The notes under the pieces are model-generated. The model had not been told where the DNA came from and made no database searches. It worked only from the letters and a program-made list of their open reading frames with translations. From positions 11,545 to 75,544 of IMG/VR virus record IMGVR_UViG_3300033067_001005: a stretch of DNA of 64,000 nucleotides; one strand, given 5' to 3'. Below, piece by piece: positions 8,536-17,461 of this stretch (its first letter is position 1; every line of letters starts with the position of its first letter). The stretch is from a virus (Duplodnaviria > Caudoviricetes). Position numbers and translations under genes: made by a program.

Positions 8536-9179
8536 TGGCACTCTTTCTAATTCCAAGCGTCTCAAAGCTCCTCGGGGCAAAGGACAAGCCCAAGGGCGAG
8601 ACACCCGAGCCTGAGACCGGGGAAGCTAATGCAAAGCCCGGTCAGCTCGTTGCCCACGACATCGACATCCCGGAGGAGCCGGAAGAGGTCAACGCCGTCG
8701 TTCAGGAATGGGACAACGAGAAGAACCAGTTCGTCGAGCGCAACCTAGGCAAGCGTCTTCTCGTGCCAACAGGCTGCGAAAGGCCCACGTACTTTTCCCC
8801 GTTCGAGAACTCGGTTACGCTGAAGAGCGCCCTACCGCGTGACAAGGAAAAGGACACTAACCTGTACCAAGCCTGGCAGACTAATGGCTGGGTAAGCAGA
8901 CACTGGGTCATGAGCCGTCTAGAAGAGGGCATCTCTATCTCGCAGATGGACAAGGAAATCGCGGACGATATCCCGTTCATTCTCTCTATTCAGGGAAAGC
9001 CTGACCCCTCTGGCCAGGTTGCCCAGACAAACGGACTTCAACAGCCCGGTGACGGGCCTGGCGACAACAACGGAGCGCCGCTACCCCCCGGACCAGGCCC
9101 TGGCCGCGGGAACAAGTTCGCTCCTGGCGATGGCCTAGCAAAGGCCCCACCCAACGCTTCACCGGGAAGGAAGATGTGA
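8535..9179 (+). CDS. portal protein C-terminal (wing/crown) part encoded as a separate ORF
   Basis: ENSVTLKSALPRD...QTNGWVSRHWVMSRL...EIADD matches the SPP1-type portal C-terminal V.F..LP.D...G.iS pattern, followed by a Pro/Gly tail. Confidence 0.7.
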   Translation: MALFLIPSVSKLLGAKDKPKGETPEPETGEANAKPGQLVAHDIDIPEEPEEVNAVVQEWDNEKNQFVERNLGKRLLVPTGCERPTYFSPFENSVTLKSALPRDKEKDTNLYQAWQTNGWVSRHWVMSRLEEGISISQMDKEIADDIPFILSIQGKPDPSGQVAQTNGLQQPGDGPGDNNGAPLPPGPGPGRGNKFAPGDGLAKAPPNASPGRKM

Positions 9180-9180
9180 G

Positions 9181-10194
9181 ATGAAACTGACACTGCTAAA
9201 GAAGACCGGAGTCGTCGATGACCCCGATCCGCGTACCACGCCGCCCACTAGAATCTTCCCTGTCTCTCCACAGTATGACGACGCCAAGCTGACGCCGGCC
9301 AAGTCCATTCACTGCATCTTCGTCGTTCTGAACGGGACGGCAGACGCGGCGAGCGGACTAGTAACGGCGCAGCTGTTCGTGAAGGGCGAGATTGCCCAAG
9401 GCGTTCTCTCCCCCGCTGGCGGAGCTACTTCGGAGACTAGATGGGTGCCTGTTGGCTCTCCCAAGACTGTCTCCAATAACGAGCTAGTCACCTTCCGTCT
9501 GCCTCCGGCGGCGGACAAAGACGACTGCTTCATGAGGCTAACCAGCATCTCTGGTACGTCTGCAACCGACGTTGCGATGTACTGGGCGCCTGGCGGGGAG
9601 ATGGAAGCGGACCTCGGCCTGGGTAGTGCCACTGGCGCTATTGCCACGCTGAACTCTGCTATCCAGGCTCTAATGCTAGCACAGTACAACGCTACCAGAC
9701 CTGTCCTAGCTGACAGAATTGCCAGCATTGCACAAGCAAACCAGCGTGGCGACATCACCGTAATGGAGCAGTATCTTCCCTCAGCGGAAGACTCTGCTAA
9801 CGGTGGTTTCCACACGTTCGAGCGAGCAATCGCAGATGTACTGGGAGCCTGGACCGGATATCACTCTGGCACCACCAAGGTGGGCACGGCAGGAATCAAC
9901 GTCAAAGCCGCTGTAGGAAGAGTCAGGCAGCTTAGAGGCGTAAACACCTCTACTACTGTCGATTACTACTTGGTACTCGTTGACAAGGCGACTGCGCCTA
10001 TCAACGGAGATGCTGTGGTAGACGCTATTGCTCTTCCCAGATCAGCCGCTGGCGTTGCCGTGAACGAGAAGCATAGAGACTATCCTGGTGGTAAGAAGAT
10101 GACCGCAGGCTTCTCTTACGCCATCTCTACTACGCCGCACACAGTCACCTTGGCTGCCGCTTTGGATTGTTCTGTTGGCGCCGAATACGCCTGA
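9181..10194 (+). CDS. putative head-associated structural protein (two beta-rich domains)
   Basis: position in head module; similarity to 13471..14214. Confidence 0.55.
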   Translation: MKLTLLKKTGVVDDPDPRTTPPTRIFPVSPQYDDAKLTPAKSIHCIFVVLNGTADAASGLVTAQLFVKGEIAQGVLSPAGGATSETRWVPVGSPKTVSNNELVTFRLPPAADKDDCFMRLTSISGTSATDVAMYWAPGGEMEADLGLGSATGAIATLNSAIQALMLAQYNATRPVLADRIASIAQANQRGDITVMEQYLPSAEDSANGGFHTFERAIADVLGAWTGYHSGTTKVGTAGINVKAAVGRVRQLRGVNTSTTVDYYLVLVDKATAPINGDAVVDAIALPRSAAGVAVNEKHRDYPGGKKMTAGFSYAISTTPHTVTLAAALDCSVGAEYA

Positions 10195-10205
10195 TAGGAG
10201 CTGAA

Positions 10206-10571
10206 ATGCGCTACGAAGTCCTTGTAAAGAAGTGGGATGAGAAGAAGGCTTTCACCCCTGTAATCGAGGTCAGCGACCCCACAGGCGAATGGAAGTCCGG
10301 GCGGATCGAAGGCCTGCGCTTGGAGCAACCAGACTCGCTAGACGAGCTGAAGATCCACCAGTGGTTGGCTGACTATGCCATGAAACACCAAGCTATCGCG
10401 GCGGCGGCACTAGCGGCCAAGGACCCTAAGCCCAAGGTGAAGCGTGGCCTAATCGACGCTACCAAGACTGACAAGGCTCGCAAGGTTGCTGAGGGCAAGA
10501 CAGGCTCAATCGCTGACGACGCAGACGACGCAGACCCGTTCACGGCTAACATGCTAGCACTAGGAAAGTAG
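10206..10571 (+). CDS. hypothetical protein
   Basis: SD AGGAG before ATG 10206. Confidence 0.55.
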   Translation: MRYEVLVKKWDEKKAFTPVIEVSDPTGEWKSGRIEGLRLEQPDSLDELKIHQWLADYAMKHQAIAAAALAAKDPKPKVKRGLIDATKTDKARKVAEGKTGSIADDADDADPFTANMLALGK

Positions 10572-10579
10572 GAGTCACT

Positions 10580-13474
10580 ATGCCCGCCCAGAACCTGATT
10601 CCTAACTCCGAAAACGTGTCGGCGTGGGGAATTCTGACGAATGTTGCTGCTGCACTAGCCTTGGCTGTCGCTGGTCCGGATGGCGCACTGGGCGGAGTGT
10701 CTCTTGTTACAGCCAATGGGGGCGGCGGAGCACTAAACCACTTCGCTGAGATGGCTAATGCGCAGATGCCCTACTTTGCGCAAGGTCTAGGATCGGCAGC
10801 TTTCCAGCTGAACGCAGGCAGAGAGCGTGTCTCTGGAGCGTGGATCAAGGCTGGGACGACCACTAAGGTCGTTGTGGGCAACGGGCGACACACGAACTGG
10901 TATCGTGCGCTATTCAACCTGTCTAACGGCACCGTGGACACGGAAGAGAACTGCCGCGCGTACATCGAGCCGGGAGAAAACGGCTGGTACTACTGTTGCG
11001 TCGTCTATATCGTGCAACCCCTAGAGGCCAACGTTCAGCAGGACTCCGTAGTAGTTGCTCCTGTGCCAGCGGCACAGACGGGAACAGCCAGCATCGCCTA
11101 CAATCACGCTAGCGAGTCCTGCTACGCCTTTGGAGCAACGCTAGCTCTGACCAACGGTCCTCCTCCGTACCAGAAGACCACGACGCAGACCAATGAGGCT
11201 CGTGCTCCTAGAGCACGTAACACTAGACAGAACAACATCCGTTGGTCTGAGAACCCGAGTAATGCTGTCTGGACGAAGTATGCTGCCTCTTGTGCAGCTT
11301 CAGCTGTGAACTCCCCACTAGGGGGCCTGGCGGAAGCAATCATTGAGGACGGCACTCTAGGATTCCACGGTGTGTCTCAGGGCGGAACTGCGGACAAAGG
11401 CATCTATACGATTACTGCGCTAGTAAAGGCAGGGACTCGTTCTTGGTGCCTTCTAGCTACAGCTGGGACAGGTGTAGGCGCTTACTTTGACCTGACTCTA
11501 GGTGTAACTGGCTCCATCTTCGGCTCACCGCTAGCAGCTTCGATAGAGCCGGCAGGAGACGGGTGGTGGTGGATCAGCGTAACCCACGCTATCCCAGCAG
11601 CTATTAGAGCTTTGGAGCTTTATGCAGCTACGGGTAATGCGGCGGCCAACTACACAGGCACTAACGGAAACACAGCACTCTACGTAGCGGGAATGTCTCT
11701 TGCGCAAAGCTGGGGTCCGCCTGACCACGTGAAGACCACCGTTGCCGTGATCAATCCAAAGATTGGTGTTAGAGGCAGAGCCAGGCAGAACTTGACTCCT
11801 GCCAGCGAGGACTTCACGGCCGGCTTTGCCTGGTTCAAAGAGAGCGGAGCTATTACTGTCACTGCTGACGTGGTAGCTGGACCTGATGGAGCCCTGACGA
11901 AGGCCGATCGTATCCAGTGGACATCAGGAATCCTGCGATACGTTGGCCAGAACATCAACTTCACTAGAGGTCCTTACACAGTCTCTGTGTGGCTGCGTTC
12001 AGCAACAGGTGGAACTCAGTTGGTAAGGCTGCGGCTTCCCCTCATTCCTGGCACCTCTAACCAGGACAGTCCTGTGTTGACCTTGACGCCAGACTGGCAG
12101 CGCTTCTCTTTCTCTGTGGAGATACAGTCGTCCAACGTCACTCTGTCCACTGTGCTCATAGAGAGCGACGCTGGGCTAAGTGCCGCAGACTTCTACGCTT
12201 GGGGCTTCCAGCTCACCCAAACGGCGAGAGAAACGCAGTACGTGAAGTCGACCACGCAGGCGGTGCTCGGTCGCGCTCCGCGCTCGCTCATGGGCAAGCA
12301 GAACCTCCTGCTTTCGTCGCAGGGGATGCACAGCGACGCGGTCAACTGGTTCCCAACGCTTGTTACTCGGTCTGCGTCCCCAGCGCTGGCACCCGATGGA
12401 ACGGCCACAGTCTCGCGCATCGAGGACACGGACCCAGCAAACTACGGCTACATCCGCCAGCAGATCAGCATCCCGCCGGGCGTGCGCAGCTATTGCTTTA
12501 GCATCTACCTGCGCAAGACGGCGACGTCTGCGGTCTGCGGATGGAACTACCTGGCGGTAGGGGGAACCACCCAGCCCGGAAGCATGCGTGTCGCGCCAGC
12601 CACGGGCGCCTGGTCGTCTGGCGGCACTCCTGGTGGCGTGGAGGATTGCGGCGACTACTGGCGCGTCTGGAACGTGGTCCGAAACCAGGGGTCTAGTGCG
12701 CTGCGCGTCGACTTTTATGTGGCGACGGGGACGAGCTTCAACGGCGGCGACAACGCCGCGGGCGTCGGCTGGGTCGACGTGTGGGGAGCGCAGTGGACGG
12801 AGGGCGAGGGTCCCACCGAGTACGTCGCAACGACGACCGCGGTCGTGAACACCGGAGCTCCGCGCCGTCGCGCTCCACGCCAGAACGTCGGCGCGAACAG
12901 CGACATGCTGAGCGGAGCGTGGAGCATTGCGAATGCGACCCGCTCCGCTGGGCCGGCAGGACCAACAGGAAAGACTGGCATTCTAGTACTGGAAGATGGC
13001 AGCGCAGCAGCAGTCCACTATATCACGCAGACTGTAACCTCGCTTGGTACAGGTCGCCTTGCTACTCTAACGTTCTATGCGAAGCGTGCTACGGCAGGAT
13101 CTCGTCAGTGGATTGCTTGCGCTGGAAACGGCGGAAACTCTGCACTATGGTTCGACCTGATAAACTTCAAACGAGGCACAGGCGGCGGAGGCTGTGTAGC
13201 TTCAACGATAGAGCAGGTAGAAGGCGGCTACGCAAAGATCAGCATTTCGTGGATCCAAACAGCCGGACTAGAGGGAGTACGTATCTACATGGCTGACGCT
13301 GACGGCAGCGTTACCTTCAATGGAGACAGCGGAGCCTCTGGAGGCATCTACGTCTTTGAGGCACAAGTAACTGAGGGCTACGGACCTCCGCCTGAGCAAG
13401 TGAGTACCAGGAATACTCCTGTGGGCTCTCAAGCGCAGGAATACGACAGAGGGCCAAGAGGCCTCTACGCATGA
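10580..13474 (+). CDS. head spike/fibre protein with five tandem carbohydrate-binding-like domains
   Basis: five ~190-aa units each starting QNL...S(E/Q/D)...W and ending around (W/F)G.Q...G..P..Y..T. Confidence 0.7.
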   Translation: MPAQNLIPNSENVSAWGILTNVAAALALAVAGPDGALGGVSLVTANGGGGALNHFAEMANAQMPYFAQGLGSAAFQLNAGRERVSGAWIKAGTTTKVVVGNGRHTNWYRALFNLSNGTVDTEENCRAYIEPGENGWYYCCVVYIVQPLEANVQQDSVVVAPVPAAQTGTASIAYNHASESCYAFGATLALTNGPPPYQKTTTQTNEARAPRARNTRQNNIRWSENPSNAVWTKYAASCAASAVNSPLGGLAEAIIEDGTLGFHGVSQGGTADKGIYTITALVKAGTRSWCLLATAGTGVGAYFDLTLGVTGSIFGSPLAASIEPAGDGWWWISVTHAIPAAIRALELYAATGNAAANYTGTNGNTALYVAGMSLAQSWGPPDHVKTTVAVINPKIGVRGRARQNLTPASEDFTAGFAWFKESGAITVTADVVAGPDGALTKADRIQWTSGILRYVGQNINFTRGPYTVSVWLRSATGGTQLVRLRLPLIPGTSNQDSPVLTLTPDWQRFSFSVEIQSSNVTLSTVLIESDAGLSAADFYAWGFQLTQTARETQYVKSTTQAVLGRAPRSLMGKQNLLLSSQGMHSDAVNWFPTLVTRSASPALAPDGTATVSRIEDTDPANYGYIRQQISIPPGVRSYCFSIYLRKTATSAVCGWNYLAVGGTTQPGSMRVAPATGAWSSGGTPGGVEDCGDYWRVWNVVRNQGSSALRVDFYVATGTSFNGGDNAAGVGWVDVWGAQWTEGEGPTEYVATTTAVVNTGAPRRRAPRQNVGANSDMLSGAWSIANATRSAGPAGPTGKTGILVLEDGSAAAVHYITQTVTSLGTGRLATLTFYAKRATAGSRQWIACAGNGGNSALWFDLINFKRGTGGGGCVASTIEQVEGGYAKISISWIQTAGLEGVRIYMADADGSVTFNGDSGASGGIYVFEAQVTEGYGPPPEQVSTRNTPVGSQAQEYDRGPRGLYA

Positions 13475-14214
13475 AGACAGCTTACTCTATAAAGGGTATG
13501 ACCCCATACGCGCCTCAATCTCCGGGAAATGCTCCACCTAATGGAGAGGTCTTTGAGATTGAGGACGGCCTTTTAGTCCAGCTGAAGATAGGGGACTGGC
13601 TGGGCACGAACACTAGACCCACGGGGAAGGCCTCAGACTATGTCCTAGTAGACCTGTTCTACTATGACGACTCTAGCTCGATGTGGATGCCTCTGGCGCT
13701 GTATGCTTCGGTCTTCTGCGGGAGGCCGAAGCACTTCGCTCTACCTAGAAGCACCCCAGCGGACACTACTCCTCAGAAGACCAAGGTGTGGGCGTGCGTT
13801 CGCGTCGTCAGCATCTCCGGCGGATCAGAACTCGTAAACACGGCGGAACTAAAGTTCGCCGATGCTAGCTCCGCCTACAACAACGAAGAGGATCCCATCA
13901 CGTACCTGATGGGGCGTGTAAGCGTCGCTAACCCATATAACACTCTACTCGTACCAGGCCGGATACAGATGGTGCGGGCTACTAATACAGACGTAGCTAC
14001 ACAGTACCTGTTCATCTGGGACTACACTGCACCAGCGGCTGCTTCTGTTCCATCATTTCCACCCAAAGCGATTGGTGCCGCAGCTACAGAGGACGTGGAC
14101 ATGGGAGGTATGCTGCTTCCTGCCCTAAGCCTCGGTCTGTCATCCAATAAAGACACGTTCACAGCTGCCGGCAGTGGATATCTAGCAGCCTTTTTCCAGC
14201 CTGGAACACGCTAG
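13471..14214 (+). CDS. putative structural protein, paralog of 9181..10194
   Basis: shared F.LP....C.VR..SISG and GR...R..NT....YL...D segments. Confidence 0.55.
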   Translation: MKTAYSIKGMTPYAPQSPGNAPPNGEVFEIEDGLLVQLKIGDWLGTNTRPTGKASDYVLVDLFYYDDSSSMWMPLALYASVFCGRPKHFALPRSTPADTTPQKTKVWACVRVVSISGGSELVNTAELKFADASSAYNNEEDPITYLMGRVSVANPYNTLLVPGRIQMVRATNTDVATQYLFIWDYTAPAAASVPSFPPKAIGAAATEDVDMGGMLLPALSLGLSSNKDTFTAAGSGYLAAFFQPGTR

Positions 14215-14226
14215 GACAAGAACCAG

Positions 14227-14255
14227 TTGCAACGCTACTCGTCGAAGGGTAGGAT
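14227..14255 (+). promoter_or_regulatory. sigma70-like promoter upstream of the capsid genes
   Basis: TTGCAA (14227-32), 17-nt spacer, TAGGAT (14250-55) in an intergenic gap. Confidence 0.55.
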
Positions 14256-14308
14256 CGGGACGATCCTTGGCAATCAAGCTAAGGACTCCCTAGCTAGGAG
14301 AAGACACG

Positions 14309-14551
14309 ATGGCGTACGACAGCACTAGTGGTAAGCGGATTCCCGCTACCCGCACCAAGATGGACAATGCGTCCCCGTCTCCTGCGCAGTCGCAGGGCGA
14401 GACCGGCGGCGCCGTAGGCAGCTCCTACTCGGCTACTCTAGTGGAGTATCCGAACAAGAGCCTGAACAACGTGGGCCCCGACGGCCAGGATCCGATGCTG
14501 AAGTTCCCGGCCGGTGTAGGCCAGGGCATCCGCAAGACGGGCCGCATCTAA
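14309..14551 (+). CDS. small hypothetical head-module protein
   Basis: SD AGGAG; 80 aa. Confidence 0.6.
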   Translation: MAYDSTSGKRIPATRTKMDNASPSPAQSQGETGGAVGSSYSATLVEYPNKSLNNVGPDGQDPMLKFPAGVGQGIRKTGRI

Positions 14552-14582
14552 CATCACTAACTGCTAGCGGCAGGAGTTACTA

Positions 14583-15692
14583 ATGAGAAACCTTCGTAAG
14601 AAGTTCCTGGGGACGTTCGATGAAAAGGCGGCTCCTGCCGCTGGTGAGCAAGGGGCGCCTGGGGGACAACCTCCGGCGCCTTCTGCGCCTGTAGACATTC
14701 AAGCCATCGCTAGTGCGGCAGCTGCGGCAGCTTCGGCTCAGACCGTAGAGAGGCTTCGCAAGTCGGCTGAAGATGAGGCCGCGGAAGAGGCTAGAGCGGC
14801 AGAGGAAGCTCGGCTCGCGGAAGAGGCCAGCCAGTCTCTAGAGGCTCACCGTCGCCACACCGATAGACAGGTAGAGGCGATTCGTGCGGAGCTTATGGCT
14901 ACACAGGCTGCTCTAAAGGCCTCGCAGCTTCAGACCTATAAGACGGAGCGGATCTCTCAGGTGAGAGCGGCCGGCGTAGGTATCGTCGTAGAACTCGTCA
15001 CTGGGAACAGTGAGGCGGAGATCGAGCAGTCGATTCAGCACGCTGCTAATGTGTACGCCACCTACCAGAAGCAGATCATGGCCGCGCAGACTCCGGCAGT
15101 ACCTGCCGCCGCGGCTGCTCCGGGGATTCCCCAAGCAGTAGTGCCCCCTCCCCCGGCAGCTGCCCCGCCTGCACCGGGGACGCTCACTCCCAGCGCTCCC
15201 ACGGCGGAGAACGCCCAAGTGTTTGACGCCGAGACCCTTGCCTACCTAACCTCCCCCGAGGCGGCAAGAAACGGCGATTACCAGAAGTACCGCCCTCTAA
15301 TTCATGCCCAGCTTCAGAGCAAGTTCTCTGGAGGCACTCCTACCTCTAATGTTCGTTCTACTTTGCAGCACCCCCAGGTACTGGCTCAGCGAGGAGCACC
15401 CGGCACGCCGGCCCCTCCGATGCCTGTTCAGAGAGGGGATATGCCAGGCGGCGTGAGAGTACCTATCGTTCAGGTAGGCCCGCCCCCGATGAACGCGCAG
15501 CCGCAACCAGGGACTAATCCCCGCTTCGGTGCGCCTCCCGCAGCTCAGGGCGCCCCACAGCCCGCAGAGCTGGATGCAGCATACAATCGGGGTCTAGTAC
15601 CAACGCTGGACCTGGAAGCCATTCGAGCCCGAGCACAAGCGGCTGCTGACAAGTACCGCCCTGCTCCTGCTCAACCCGTAGTGACTAACTGA
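14583..15692 (+). CDS. capsid scaffolding protein
   Basis: Ala/Glu/Pro-rich coiled coil directly upstream of the major capsid gene; N-terminal RKKFLGTFD. Confidence 0.8.
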   Translation: MRNLRKKFLGTFDEKAAPAAGEQGAPGGQPPAPSAPVDIQAIASAAAAAASAQTVERLRKSAEDEAAEEARAAEEARLAEEASQSLEAHRRHTDRQVEAIRAELMATQAALKASQLQTYKTERISQVRAAGVGIVVELVTGNSEAEIEQSIQHAANVYATYQKQIMAAQTPAVPAAAAAPGIPQAVVPPPPAAAPPAPGTLTPSAPTAENAQVFDAETLAYLTSPEAARNGDYQKYRPLIHAQLQSKFSGGTPTSNVRSTLQHPQVLAQRGAPGTPAPPMPVQRGDMPGGVRVPIVQVGPPPMNAQPQPGTNPRFGAPPAAQGAPQPAELDAAYNRGLVPTLDLEAIRARAQAAADKYRPAPAQPVVTN

Positions 15693-15708
15693 GGTAGGAG
15701 GCTAATCA

Positions 15709-16686
15709 ATGTCGTCGATGACTTCGGCCGTAAACAGCGGCCCCGGATTCTCGCAGCTGGTTGCTGCTGTTCGTGATGTGTACTCACAGGAGATCTACTT
15801 CTCCGCGATGCCGAACCTGCGCTTCGACCAGTTCGCCACTAGAAAGGACGAACTCACTGGCCAGCCTGGTGCGACTATCGTCCTTCCCAAGATGGGGACG
15901 ATCAAGCGTGGTGGCACCCTCACTGAGGGCGTCCGCATCCAGGGTAAGTCGATGAGCATGTCGACCACCACGATCACCGTGGCTGAGAAGGGTAACGCCA
16001 TCCTCATGACCGAGCGTCTTCTACAGACCTCGTTCTATGACAACATGGCTGCCGCCTCGATGCTCCTAGGGCGAGACTTCGCTCTAGTGAATGACACGGA
16101 CCTTCGTGACATCGCGCTCACCGCGACTAACAAGGTCTACGCCGGCAAGAAGGCCGCTCGTACGGACCTCGTTGGTGGTGACACCGCCGATACGACGTTC
16201 CTCATGGACATCGGGGAGAAGCTGGAGATCAACTCCTCGCCGAAATGGGGTAATGACTTCTACGTCAGCTTCTTCCACCCGCATGGACTAGCGAAGCTCC
16301 GTCAGAGCGTCGGCTGGGTCAACGCGGCGCACTACCAGGGCGCTACCCCGCTCTTCTACGGTGAGGCTGGCCGCTGGAACGACATCCGGTTCGTCAGCAC
16401 CTCTATGATGCCGAACGGCTTCAACAGCGCTCTGAACGACGCTGGCGAGTTCGCGGACCCCGGCTACGTCGCTGCTCTAGCGAATGGCACGGCCGGCAAC
16501 CAGACCACCATCTACCAGTGCGTCACCTTCGGCGAATACAGCTACGGCCAGGGCAACGCTCTGAACGTCGAGCTTCGCGACAACGGTGTCCAGGACTACG
16601 GCCGTGAGCACGGCCTCGCCTGGTACGCCATCTGGGGCCAGGGCCTCCTAGAGAACAACAACCTCGTCGTCGGCGAGCACGCCTAA
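15709..16686 (+). CDS. major capsid protein (N4-gp56-like, HK97 fold)
   Basis: RFDQFA...QPGATI...LTEG, E.GNA...T, G..G.WNDIRFV and YGR.HGLAWY motifs; highly biased codon usage. Confidence 0.9.
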   Translation: MSSMTSAVNSGPGFSQLVAAVRDVYSQEIYFSAMPNLRFDQFATRKDELTGQPGATIVLPKMGTIKRGGTLTEGVRIQGKSMSMSTTTITVAEKGNAILMTERLLQTSFYDNMAAASMLLGRDFALVNDTDLRDIALTATNKVYAGKKAARTDLVGGDTADTTFLMDIGEKLEINSSPKWGNDFYVSFFHPHGLAKLRQSVGWVNAAHYQGATPLFYGEAGRWNDIRFVSTSMMPNGFNSALNDAGEFADPGYVAALANGTAGNQTTIYQCVTFGEYSYGQGNALNVELRDNGVQDYGREHGLAWYAIWGQGLLENNNLVVGEHA

Positions 16687-16720
16687 TCCCTTCTAGGGTA
16701 GGTTCAGGAGAAGCAAGAAC

Positions 16721-17128
16721 ATGAGACTCATCGCTCTAATGGCCGTAGCGGCCACGTTTCACGCCAAGTACCTCGACACGTTCGTTGCCCGTACGGCTTC
16801 CAACGTGCAAGAGCTGCCGCCGGGGTACAACGACGAGAACCGTCGTCTCTTCCAGGCCGACCTCACCACGGACGTGACCGCGGCGGACACGATCGACGTG
16901 ACCCTCCCGGCCAACCTTCGCGCCGTCGGCGTTCAGGTTCTAGGGGCCTTCTTCGAGAAGTGGACCACCTCTTCTGCGATCGGCGCGAGAACTAAGACGC
17001 GCATTCCCGTAGTGGTCACCAGCTACGTCGAGGCAACCGGCGTCGTGACCCTCACCACCTCTACCGTCAACCTGTCGATCGCTACTGAGTCCGGGCGCGT
17101 CTTCCTAGAAGTCTGCCCGTACAAGTAA
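16721..17128 (+). CDS. putative capsid decoration protein with KYLDTF motif
   Basis: follows the capsid gene, same biased codon usage, beta-rich. Confidence 0.6.
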   Translation: MRLIALMAVAATFHAKYLDTFVARTASNVQELPPGYNDENRRLFQADLTTDVTAADTIDVTLPANLRAVGVQVLGAFFEKWTTSSAIGARTKTRIPVVVTSYVEATGVVTLTTSTVNLSIATESGRVFLEVCPYK

Positions 17129-17142
17129 GGAGCTGAACTCTA

Positions 17143-17451
17143 ATGGCTAAGAAAGACGAAACCAAGGCTCCCGAGACGGCCGAAACCAAGGCTCCCGAGG
17201 TAACGGAGGAAGACCTGGCTAAGGCAGCTGCACAGGCTGCTCTAGAGTCGGCAAAGGAAGCCACCGTCTCTGCTCCGGCAGAAGCCCCTGCTCCTACCAT
17301 CTCTGTGGGTGACGTAGAGGTCATCGCTCTTCGGGACGGCGCGGCTTCCATGGGTGGCCGTAACTATTCGTGGAAGAAGGATCAGCTCGTGGAGATGCAT
17401 GCATCGCACGCTCTAGAGCTGGAACAGGCGGGCTGGGTCCGCCGGATCTGA
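17143..17451 (+). CDS. small head-module protein with acidic Ala-rich N-terminus
   Basis: SD AGGAG; ETKAPE duplicated. Confidence 0.6.
   Translation: MAKKDETKAPETAETKAPEVTEEDLAKAAAQAALESAKEATVSAPAEAPAPTISVGDVEVIALRDGAASMGGRNYSWKKDQLVEMHASHALELEQAGWVRRI
17157..17199 (+). repeat. 19-nt direct repeat, 24-nt period
   Basis: CGAAACCAAGGCTCCCGAG at 17157 and 17181. Confidence 0.8.
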
Positions 17452-17461
17452 GGAGGCGACC

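Noticed and set aside
7110-8810. Split intein or intron joining the two portal parts (L-CKEC... and ...FEN-S junctions)
   Set aside because: No intein block A/B/F/G patterns (no CL..GT.V, no terminal HN) and the intervening DNA holds two coupled, SD-bearing genes rather than an intron-like structure.
10580-13474. Diversity-generating retroelement acting on the repeated fibre domains
   Set aside because: Repeats are highly diverged at all bases, not adenine-specific near-identical TR/VR pairs, and no reverse transcriptase is in the window.
16721-16765. Sec signal peptide on the post-capsid protein (MRLIALMAVAATFHA)
   Set aside because: Not excluded, but position, codon bias and the KYLDTF motif fit a virion protein with a pro-sequence better; not reported as a secreted protein.
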